Source: Eubacteriales bacterium (lineage in GTDB: Bacteria; Bacillota; Clostridia; Lachnospirales; JAVBJQ01). From it: a stretch of DNA of 64,000 bases. This document shows, piece after piece, positions 1 through 7,564 of this stretch (its first letter is position 1; the number at the start of each line of letters is the position of its first letter). The notes under the pieces are model-generated. The model was not told the origin of the DNA, made no database searches, and was given only the letters and a program-made list of their open reading frames with translations. Both the position numbers and the translations under genes were made by a program. Location of the stretch: NCBI GenBank assembly GCA_031546905.1, contig JAVBJQ010000046.1, forward strand, positions 15,589 to 79,588. Reading direction: 5' to 3'.

Positions 1-714
1 AATTTTATATATTCTTGTAACGGTGAAGATAAAATCGGAGCGGACACCATTCGTTGTTTTAATAATAAGAAGCACGGCTTTGTTGATTTTAATAAAGCCA
101 TGGCAGTTTCTTGCAACACTTATTTTTCTACGGTGGGAACGCTAGTTGGCGCTAAAAATTTAAGGAGTACTAGTTTAAATCTTCTTTTTAACCACCCCCT
201 TGACTTTCCAATTGATTATAGTTCAAGCTCTTTTGCACTTGATGAACATAGTTCAGAAGCGGAGTTAATTGAAACGGCTATTGGACAAGGAAAAACATTA
301 GTGACACCTATTCACATGGCAATGATTGTTTCGTCTGTGGCAAATGGTGGTCTAATGATGAAACCATATTTAATTGACGCAATCAAAACTCCATCAGGAG
401 AAGAAATAAAAAAACACATTCCAGAGAAAGAAAAGTTTGTTTTTTCTTCTGAAACGGCAGAAGCTATTCGGAAATCGATGATAGAAGTCGTGGAAAGTGG
501 GACCGCTACGAAAGCGAAAATAAAAGGTGTTTCAGTAGCAGGAAAAACAGGGACAGCACAAAATGCTTCTGGAGAAGATCATGCGTGGTTTGTTGGTTTT
601 GCACCTGCAGAGAATCCCACAGTAGCTGTTGCAATTGTTTTAGAAAATGCTGGAAATGGAAGTCAAGCCGTTCCCATTGCAAGAGATATTATTAATTTTG
701 TACTGAAAGAATAA
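1..714 (+). CDS. Class B penicillin-binding protein, C-terminal transpeptidase part (5' end lies upstream of the window)
   Basis: Frame 1 is open from base 1 (NFIYSCNGEDK...), ahead of the listed Met at 100. It carries the SxN box 'SCN', the KTG box 'GKTGTAQ' and 'HAWFVGFAP', typical of PBP2/FtsI/SpoVD-type transpeptidases. Confidence 0.85.
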   Translation, partial: NFIYSCNGEDKIGADTIRCFNNKKHGFVDFNKAMAVSCNTYFSTVGTLVGAKNLRSTSLNLLFNHPLDFPIDYSSSSFALDEHSSEAELIETAIGQGKTLVTPIHMAMIVSSVANGGLMMKPYLIDAIKTPSGEEIKKHIPEKEKFVFSSETAEAIRKSMIEVVESGTATKAKIKGVSVAGKTGTAQNASGEDHAWFVGFAPAENPTVAVAIVLENAGNGSQAVPIARDIINFVLKE

Positions 715-758
715 AAAATTCATCTTTGTAGAATATATATACTAATACTATATATTCT

Positions 759-1454
759 ATGAAGGTGAATTTTTTGAATTTTAGCATATTGGTGCAACTT
801 GCATTGGCTCCTACGATCATTTGCCTTTTTTATATTTATATAAGAGATAAGTATGAAAAAGAGCCTATAAGATTGTTAGCAGTTGGTTTACTTTTTGGAA
901 TTGTGATTACCGTCCCCATTATTAAAACAGAAAATCTAGTTACATTACTGGCTCCAAAAGGTGGGCTTATTTTAGACGCATTTTTCTCATCTTTTGTGGT
1001 TGCAGGCTTAGTGGAGGAACTTTTTAAGTTTACGATTCTTTATTTCTTGGTTTGGAGAAATGATAATTTTAACGAAAAATTTGATGGAATTGTGTACGCT
1101 GTTTTTATTTCGTTGGGGTTTGCCGGCATTGAAAACGTATTATATGTTATAAATCCTGAATTGGGTGGTTTTAAAACTGCTTTTTCGAGAGCCGTCTTTT
1201 CTGTTCCTGGTCATGCTCTTTTTGGTGTTACCATGGGTTATTATTTTGCCATAGCAAGGTTCTTGGAACAGAAGCATTATTCTTTTCTGCTGAAAGCTAT
1301 TTTAGTAAGTATTTTAGTACATGGTACTTACGATTTTATTCTTTTATCAGGTAAGGCTTATATTTCTATCTTTTTTATACCCTTTGTTCTATTTTTATGG
1401 ATTAGTGGTTTTCGAAAAATTAAAACCCATGTACAAAGTTCTCCGTTTAAATGA
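759..1454 (+). CDS. prsW: PrsW-family intramembrane protease
   Basis: Multi-pass membrane protein with 'VEELFKF', 'GFAGIEN', 'GHALFG' and 'HGTYDF' motifs, as in PrsW-type site-1 proteases. Confidence 0.7.
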   Translation: MKVNFLNFSILVQLALAPTIICLFYIYIRDKYEKEPIRLLAVGLLFGIVITVPIIKTENLVTLLAPKGGLILDAFFSSFVVAGLVEELFKFTILYFLVWRNDNFNEKFDGIVYAVFISLGFAGIENVLYVINPELGGFKTAFSRAVFSVPGHALFGVTMGYYFAIARFLEQKHYSFLLKAILVSILVHGTYDFILLSGKAYISIFFIPFVLFLWISGFRKIKTHVQSSPFK

Positions 1455-1676
1455 ATTAAAAAACATTGTAATATTTTTAATTCAGAAGTTGAAAAAATTT
1501 TTCAAAAGCGTTATACTTCTAAATAATGCAAATACATCAATACTAATTATAGGGATACTAATTCGTGTTCGATTTCATAGAACTGAATTCATTTTAACAG
1601 TACACGGAAAATAATTAGTAGGAGTTTTGTTTAACACTAAGCTTTATTAGTGTTATGGGAAAACGGAGGAGTCTAA

Positions 1677-2144
1677 GTGATAGAGGCGATTAGCTGCGGA
1701 GGTGTTGTAATTCACAGAGGCAAGGTCTTACTGCTTTATAAAAACCAAAATGGGCGATATATGGGTTGGGTGATGCCAAAAGGTACGCTTGAGGCTGGTG
1801 AAAATTACAAGCAAACCGCCTTAAGAGAAGTAAAAGAAGAAACTTCCGTTAGTGCTAAAATTATTAAGTATATCGGAAAAACCCAATATACTTTTAAAGG
1901 AAACGATGACATAGTGAATAAAACTGTTCATTGGTACTTAATGTCTGCGGAATCTTTTTATTGCAAACCTCAGGTAGAAGAATTTTTTGCAGATGCTGGT
2001 TTTTATAAACAGCATGAAGCATACCATCTTCTTAAATTTCATGATGAGAGACAAATCATGAAAAAAGCCTATGCCGAATATAATGAATTAAAGCGTGGAA
2101 AAGAGTGGAATTACAAAGGAAATATGAATAATTTAGAATTTTAG
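1677..2144 (+). CDS. NUDIX hydrolase
   Basis: Nudix box 'GTLEAGENYKQTALREVKEETS'. GTG start lies 5 nt after the RBS GGAGGAG. Confidence 0.85.
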   Translation: MIEAISCGGVVIHRGKVLLLYKNQNGRYMGWVMPKGTLEAGENYKQTALREVKEETSVSAKIIKYIGKTQYTFKGNDDIVNKTVHWYLMSAESFYCKPQVEEFFADAGFYKQHEAYHLLKFHDERQIMKKAYAEYNELKRGKEWNYKGNMNNLEF

Positions 2145-2227
2145 TTTTAAATAGCTATATACTGATTAAGGTAATAATCAGCTATGGTTGTTAAAATAAT
2201 TGAAATTGCAAAAAAGGGAGTGATTTT

Positions 2228-2497
2228 ATGAGAAGACTATTTGATGAAGATATGTCTATGGATGATTTAAAAAAAGTGCTTAAAAAAGTAAGAGGAAAAC
2301 AAAATACCAATGGCGCCATTATTTTTGTGGTAATTACCATGATTATTGTATTTTTTGCAACAGTTGCATTTTTGTTTCATGCCAATAAAAAACATTATTT
2401 AAGTTGTGCTTGTGAAAATGATGGCACTTCAGACTTTGAAGACGACGACATTGATGAAAATGGTTGTTGTTATACAGATAGCTCTGATTTTGAATAA
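2228..2497 (+). CDS. Small single-pass membrane protein with an acidic, Cys-containing C-terminal tail (hypothetical)
   Basis: RBS 'AAGGGAG' precedes the ATG. It has one hydrophobic helix (IIFVVITMIIVFFATVAFLF), the tail 'CACENDGTSDFEDDDIDENGCCYTDSSDFE', and a strong terminator just downstream. Confidence 0.5.
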   Translation: MRRLFDEDMSMDDLKKVLKKVRGKQNTNGAIIFVVITMIIVFFATVAFLFHANKKHYLSCACENDGTSDFEDDDIDENGCCYTDSSDFE

Positions 2498-2511
2498 CAA
2501 TAAGTAGACAT

Positions 2512-2554
2512 AAAACCCCTATCTTGGCATTAAACTTTCGGGATAGGGGTTTTA
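2512..2554 (+). terminator. Rho-independent terminator
   Basis: Stem AAAACCCCTATC / GATAGGGGTTTT (12 bp) followed by T residues. Confidence 0.8.
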
Positions 2555-2625
2555 TGTGAGAAATCTAATACTGCCTAAACCTCGTGGTGTAAATGTAGCA
2601 GATTCCTAAAATAATTATTTTAATA

Positions 2626-2657
2626 TTGTTGACAAGGAAACAAAAAATTAATATAAT
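2626..2657 (+). promoter_or_regulatory. SigA-type promoter of the MarR gene, with an embedded operator-like 20-mer
   Basis: TTGACA (2629-2634), 17-nt spacer, TATAAT (2652-2657). The 20-mer TTGTTGACAAGGAAACAAAA is repeated identically at 3240-3259. Confidence 0.6.
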
Positions 2658-2690
2658 ATTGTTAATGTACCAACAGGTGGGAGGCGGGTC

Positions 2691-3176
2691 ATGAACAAAG
2701 AACAACAGGTCATAAAGGGTTTTAGAGACTTATTAAACAAAATAGTTTTGCTTAATAAGTTTAAAATGGAAGACAGCCTTAAGGCTCATAAGTCTTCTGA
2801 AGTACATTGCATTGAATACATTGGAAGAAATGTAGATTCCAACGTGACAAAACTTGCGGAGTCCTTTTATATGACTAATGGTGCCATAAGTAAAATAACA
2901 AAGAAGCTCATAAAAAAAGGCATTATCGAAAGCTATCAGAAGCCGGATAATAAAAAAGAAATCTATTTTAGGCTTACCGAAGAAGGGAAAGCAATTAATA
3001 AAGTCCATGAGGAACTACACAAAGAGTTTCAAGAGCGGGATAAAGTCGTATTTGAGCAGATAACCGAGGAACAATTTGACAGCATGATTAGCTTTGTGGA
3101 AAAGTATAGTAGGCATTTGGATGCAGAAATAAAGAAGCAAGGTATAGATGTTTTAAATCGGAATAAATTTGAATAA
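2691..3176 (+). CDS. MarR-family transcriptional regulator
   Basis: About 160 aa with a winged-HTH region ('VTKLAESFYMTNGAISKITKKLIKKGIIE...DNKKEIYFRLTEEG'). It sits directly upstream of an MFS efflux gene. Confidence 0.8.
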   Translation: MNKEQQVIKGFRDLLNKIVLLNKFKMEDSLKAHKSSEVHCIEYIGRNVDSNVTKLAESFYMTNGAISKITKKLIKKGIIESYQKPDNKKEIYFRLTEEGKAINKVHEELHKEFQERDKVVFEQITEEQFDSMISFVEKYSRHLDAEIKKQGIDVLNRNKFE

Positions 3177-3239
3177 TGAAAATGAAACGACGGGCAGCCA
3201 GCTCTATTCTGAACAGGCTGCATTTTTATTTCTATTATT

Positions 3240-3295
3240 TTGTTGACAAGGAAACAAAATGATGATACGATAAATATGTTTCCAAGGAAACAAAA
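3240..3295 (+). promoter_or_regulatory. Promoter/operator region of the MFS gene
   Basis: Second copy of TTGTTGACAAGGAAACAAAA (3240-3259, contains TTGACA), plus the perfect palindrome TGTTTCC-AA-GGAAACA at 3277-3292. Confidence 0.5.
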
Positions 3296-3321
3296 ATATC
3301 ACCTTTGAGGGGAGAATTCAA

Positions 3322-4557
3322 ATGAACAAAGTTAGATCACAAAATGAACAGAATACAGAACAAACCGTAGATAAAAAGGCTTTAATATTCGGTCTTATGT
3401 CTGTGTTTCTTTGTGGAATAGGCTTCACTATCATAGCACCTGTCGTACCATTCTTAGTGCAACCTTATATAAGCAATCCGGGAGATCAAGCTATCGTTGT
3501 TACACTACTCATGTCTGTTTATGCAGTATGCGTATTTTTTGCAGCACCGGGGCTTGGAGCTTTGAGTGACAGATATGGCCGTCGTCCATTACTATTAGTA
3601 TGCCTTTTGGGTTCTGCAATTGGGTACATCGTTTTTGGTGTAGGAGGAGCTTTATGGGTGCTATTTGCTGGGCGCATAATAGAAGGTATAACAGGCGGGA
3701 GCATAAGCACCATCTTCGCATATTTTGCAGACATCATTCCTAGAGAACAACGAACAAAATACTTTGGATGGGTGAGTGCAGTTGTAGGGGTTGGCACTAT
3801 CCTTGGCCCAACGCTAGGCGGATTACTTGCCCACTTTGGTAATTCTGTACCATTTTATTTTGGAGCAGGAATCACTTTAGTGAATGTTGTTTTTGGATTC
3901 TTTTATATGCCTGAGAGTCTTGACAAGAAAGATAGACTGAAAGAGATTGCATTTGCAAGGCTGAATCCTTTTACACAGCTTGTAAACCTACTTTCTATGA
4001 AAAACTTATCAAGGTTACTTATCTCAGCATTCTTACTTTGGATACCCAACGGATCTTTCCAGGCAATTTTCTCACAATTCACAATAGATACTTTCAGTTG
4101 GAAACCTGCAATAATCGGACTTATGTTTTCCATTATGGGCTTCCAAGATATCTTTTCACAAGGTTTCATAATGCCAAAACTTTTGAAAATACTTAGTGAT
4201 AAACAGATAGCAATGCTTGGAATGGTTTCGGAGATTATAGGATACGGTCTTATTGCAGCATCGACTTTGTTTACATTTTATCCTCTTTTTATCGTTGGAA
4301 TGTTTATATTTGGCTTTGGTGATTCTATCTTTGGGCCTTCATTTAATGGGATGATCTCCAAGTCTGTGGATTCTAGTGAACAGGGACGGATTCAAGGCGG
4401 AAGCCAATCTATTCAGGCTTTAGCAAGAATAATTGGGCCAGTCATTGGCGGTTCAATTTATGTATCACTTGGTCATGCTGCACCTGCTTTTATGGGTGTG
4501 ATCTTTATAGCAGCGGCAGTAATCGTTTTGCATAAGGGTACCCATGCAAATATATAA
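3322..4557 (+). CDS. MFS (DHA1-type) drug/H+ antiporter-like efflux transporter
   Basis: About 12 hydrophobic segments and MFS motif A 'GALSDRYGRRPLL'. Paired with the MarR gene. Confidence 0.85.
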   Translation: MNKVRSQNEQNTEQTVDKKALIFGLMSVFLCGIGFTIIAPVVPFLVQPYISNPGDQAIVVTLLMSVYAVCVFFAAPGLGALSDRYGRRPLLLVCLLGSAIGYIVFGVGGALWVLFAGRIIEGITGGSISTIFAYFADIIPREQRTKYFGWVSAVVGVGTILGPTLGGLLAHFGNSVPFYFGAGITLVNVVFGFFYMPESLDKKDRLKEIAFARLNPFTQLVNLLSMKNLSRLLISAFLLWIPNGSFQAIFSQFTIDTFSWKPAIIGLMFSIMGFQDIFSQGFIMPKLLKILSDKQIAMLGMVSEIIGYGLIAASTLFTFYPLFIVGMFIFGFGDSIFGPSFNGMISKSVDSSEQGRIQGGSQSIQALARIIGPVIGGSIYVSLGHAAPAFMGVIFIAAAVIVLHKGTHANI

Positions 4558-4710
4558 ACTGCCTACCTTCATCTTCCAGAGGGAAGGACTACTTGGGGCA
4601 AGTTGCCCCGAGGTAACCCACAACAAAATGCAACAACGTACCTCCCATGCAAGACAAAGAGTGTTGTTCGGTGGGTGATAACAACTTTAGCCATATTTTA
4701 GACAATAAGA

Positions 4711-4744
4711 AATCCTGCCATTATTTAAAGTGGTAGGATTTTTA
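4711..4744 (+). terminator. Rho-independent terminator (reads as a terminator on the + strand)
   Basis: AATCCTGCCA / TGGTAGGATT stem followed by TTTTT, about 150 nt after the MFS stop. Confidence 0.55.
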
Positions 4745-4781
4745 TATTGTATGTTATTGTGTTATTCAAAAGTTAGAACTA

Positions 4782-5783
4782 TTACTTATTGGTTATCTTA
4801 TTTATATTTTTTAGTTCGATTGACAATGTCCCATTGGGGTTGTTTATAAACTCAATATACTCCTTATTTTGAGAATAATCAGATGGAAAAGAAATTTCGA
4901 TTCCTGTATCTGTTTTTATTTTATGTAATTTCGCTGTTTTAATTGCCAATTCCCTATCTACTCTTACTACATCACTAATTCCAACTTTTGAAATTTCTTG
5001 AATAAATTCTTCCTGCATAATGCTAGAGGTGCTAAATACTTCTTTAGCGAGTTCTTTTGGCTCAATATAATCAGATATTTCTGCATTTTCGACAATAAAG
5101 TTTTTAGTTTTTGATACCGTAGCCACACTATTCTCTCCATGGTTATCAGCCACTTGCCGAGTTATAGTTTGCACTAATTTAAGAGTATCTTTTTGGGATA
5201 TACTAGAAGTGCATTGCAAAACAATATCAGGTAATATAAAAATATCCTTGCCATTAACATAACTTTTTTTATCACAAAAATCTATTTGGAAATTCTTCAT
5301 ATTGATAAAAGCATAAGAATCGACCTTTTGTGAAGGGGTAGGCAAGATAGCAAAGTGATTAATAATCTCATTTCTAATCACTCCATTATCATTAGTGACC
5401 TGATGGGTAAATCCTACTCTATTATTATATTCTAGTATTCCGATAATTTGAGTATCCTCATCGGTAAATTCACAGACAATAATATCGGTTGAACTCTGTT
5501 TGTCTGACTGCAAGATTGCTGAATGAATGGTCTCAGCAATTGATGCAGAAAAGGCAATAAAGCTAATTTCATTATTTAATAATAGGTTAAGTTGAGAGCG
5601 CATATTACTGTTTTCTAAAAATTCACCTTTTTTTATGCCTCTATCATAAAAAGATCTTTCAATATGTTTAATTAAAAAGTTCAATATACTTTGGTTTTGT
5701 AAATTCAATTCTTGCTCTGAATAAACAGTTATATTAGAATTAAAATCTAAAATATGAAGAATAGCTTTATTTATTATTATCAT
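4782..5783 (-). CDS. NdpA/YejK-like nucleoid-associated (putative DNA-binding) protein, gene 3 of the operon
   Basis: N-terminal 'INKAILHILDF' resembles E. coli YejK 'INQIALHQLIK'. 'FIAFSASIAE...DIIVCEF' parallels YejK 'FLAFSRAATG...GIVLFCHY'. Start preferred at the ATG at 5783 (RBS AGAGGA 8 nt upstream); the track start 5804 is the alternative. It overlaps the upstream gene by 17 nt. Confidence 0.55.
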   Translation of the reverse strand: MIIINKAILHILDFNSNITVYSEQELNLQNQSILNFLIKHIERSFYDRGIKKGEFLENSNMRSQLNLLLNNEISFIAFSASIAETIHSAILQSDKQSSTDIIVCEFTDEDTQIIGILEYNNRVGFTHQVTNDNGVIRNEIINHFAILPTPSQKVDSYAFINMKNFQIDFCDKKSYVNGKDIFILPDIVLQCTSSISQKDTLKLVQTITRQVADNHGENSVATVSKTKNFIVENAEISDYIEPKELAKEVFSTSSIMQEEFIQEISKVGISDVVRVDRELAIKTAKLHKIKTDTGIEISFPSDYSQNKEYIEFINNPNGTLSIELKNINKITNK

Positions 5784-6414
5784 TATCTTTATCCTCTTTC
5801 TCATTTTCTATAAAACTCAAAATTTTATAGGATAAACTAGCTCTAAATAACCTTATAGTATTATATATCGTGCTCTTCAATTCGTAAATAATTCGAAAAA
5901 CAAATGTTAAATAAATGAAAATGGATACAATTGCCAAAGAGTTATTTAGCGTATTATTTGATGTTAAAACAAAGTTATCATCAACACAATTTAAAAACAA
6001 TAATAAGATACCACTTATTGCTATAGCAATGAAATATAAAAATAAAACAGATTCATAATAAGTTGTACTTTCTTTTAAAAAGCTGATTCCATTTTTTGAA
6101 TCTATTTTTGCTAACTTTTTTATATATTCATCATTTAAAAAAGCCAACAATATCGAATAAACAGCGAAAATACAACCAAAAACAGCAAGGACAACTTCAA
6201 ATAAAGTGCCAACTACTGATGTTAAAATCTGAACAGTATTTAAACTTAATCCAATTATTAGTCCAAAAATGATTCCAAAAGTAGCTGAAATAATAATTGA
6301 AAAAAGATTTCCTCGCTGAGGTAATATCTCTTTTAAGGCATCTTTAATCATCTTAGATGCAGGAGTATCGACAAGAAATTCTTCAATTGTGGAAAAATAA
6401 TTTTTTCTACTCAT
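5767..6414 (-). CDS. Integral membrane protein with four predicted TM helices (hypothetical), gene 2 of the operon
   Basis: RBS AAAGGAGAAG. Hydrophobic segments are LFSIIISATFGIIFGLIIGLSL, ILTSVVGTLFEVVLAVFGCIFAVYSILLAFL, SVLFLYFIAIAISGILLLFL and LAIVSIFIYLTFVFRIIY, with an acidic tail ENEKEDKDNDNNK. Confidence 0.65.
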   Translation of the reverse strand: MSRKNYFSTIEEFLVDTPASKMIKDALKEILPQRGNLFSIIISATFGIIFGLIIGLSLNTVQILTSVVGTLFEVVLAVFGCIFAVYSILLAFLNDEYIKKLAKIDSKNGISFLKESTTYYESVLFLYFIAIAISGILLLFLNCVDDNFVLTSNNTLNNSLAIVSIFIYLTFVFRIIYELKSTIYNTIRLFRASLSYKILSFIENEKEDKDNDNNK

Positions 6415-6439
6415 TCTTATCTTCTCCTTTCTTAATTCA

Positions 6440-7378
6440 TTAAATTTCCTTTAGCTTATGTATTTTGTGGATAGAAGATTCATATATTTTTTTGTTTTCG
6501 TTACTTATTTCATTCATCTTTTTGTTTTCCTTCGAAATTGAGATTAAGTTCTCATCATCTGTTTCAATAATATCCCGCCCGAACGGTATTTTCTTACTTG
6601 ACTTAAATTCTTTTTGAGAAACCTTTTTTTTGCTACCTTCCTTGTCAACAATTTCCATACTAGGTTCAATTAATCCAGAAATATCTTCTAAAATGTTTAA
6701 AGCACCTTCTTTTGAATTTGGAGAGTTTATTTTCCAATTGCTATTTTTGCTATCTAAGGATTGCATACCACTTCGAATGTCCCTAAACACAGGTGATAAG
6801 TCCAAATCATTATTTAATGGAAAAAATCTTAAATTTAGCCATTTTATTTTTTCAGCTTGCTCTAAAACTTCGGATATTTCCTCTCTAGATGGAGTGTCAA
6901 TTATATTTACTATTGCAATAGGAAGTTTGGTCTCACCATCTTCGATTCTTGTCTTATTGATTTCTCTGATATAGTAATCAAGTATTTTTCTTGCCATAAC
7001 TTGGAAACTACGTATATCTGGACTATTGGGTTCGTTCTTGATTAAGAACATACGATGATTTTCTAAAAAAATGGTAAACCTGGAGTATGGAGATGTTGGA
7101 ATAGTTATTGGTGATGGGACTAAATCTTGCCCTTCGGAAAGCGTTCGTCTTTCTAGTTCATCGTCCTTTACGAAATTACCTACCAGAACAAACTTGTCCT
7201 CATATGTTTTTATTTCAATATCATTGAAGTAGTATCTAGGCAATTCATTTTCTTTTCCATTAGTATAACCACTTGTAAATGCTGGGTAGATGATATCATC
7301 AAAATGTGAAAGCATGGGTAGTTCCTCTTCACCAAAAGTAACATTAAAATTTGCAAATTGCATAATTTTTTCTTCCAT
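6440..7378 (-). CDS. Hypothetical 312-aa cytosolic protein with a Lys/Glu/Asn/Ser-rich C-terminal tail, gene 1 of the operon
   Basis: RBS GGGAGGG lies 10 nt upstream of the ATG, with a TATAAT-like -10 box at 7412-7407 (minus strand). I recognise no catalytic motif. It is 25 nt from the next gene. Confidence 0.6.
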   Translation of the reverse strand: MEEKIMQFANFNVTFGEEELPMLSHFDDIIYPAFTSGYTNGKENELPRYYFNDIEIKTYEDKFVLVGNFVKDDELERRTLSEGQDLVPSPITIPTSPYSRFTIFLENHRMFLIKNEPNSPDIRSFQVMARKILDYYIREINKTRIEDGETKLPIAIVNIIDTPSREEISEVLEQAEKIKWLNLRFFPLNNDLDLSPVFRDIRSGMQSLDSKNSNWKINSPNSKEGALNILEDISGLIEPSMEIVDKEGSKKKVSQKEFKSSKKIPFGRDIIETDDENLISISKENKKMNEISNENKKIYESSIHKIHKLKEI

Positions 7379-7564
7379 AAAAAATAAACCCTCCCAATAA
7401 TTTAGAATTATATTTTCCAGATTCGTTACAACACTCTTTCAAATTTCGACTTAATTGCTTTGGCAATAACACCAATCTCGATCATTTGAAAACGTTCTCA
7501 TTTAATCTATGTATTAAAATTTTGCAGGGATGGTCTGATTGTCTTGCAAATTCCGCAACGCTAA

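Noticed and set aside
1321-1614. 97-aa + strand ORF overlapping the prsW 3' end
   Set aside because: It is an alternative frame of prsW running into AT-rich intergenic DNA. It has low-complexity Phe/Leu/Ile content and no RBS.
4558-4781. att-type direct repeat of the tRNA-Ser 3' end at the left island boundary, and a 41-aa reverse ORF (MAKVVITHRTT...)
   Set aside because: Only a 7-nt coincidence (AGAGGGA) with the tRNA T-arm region was found, which is not convincing as attL/attR. The short ORF has no RBS.
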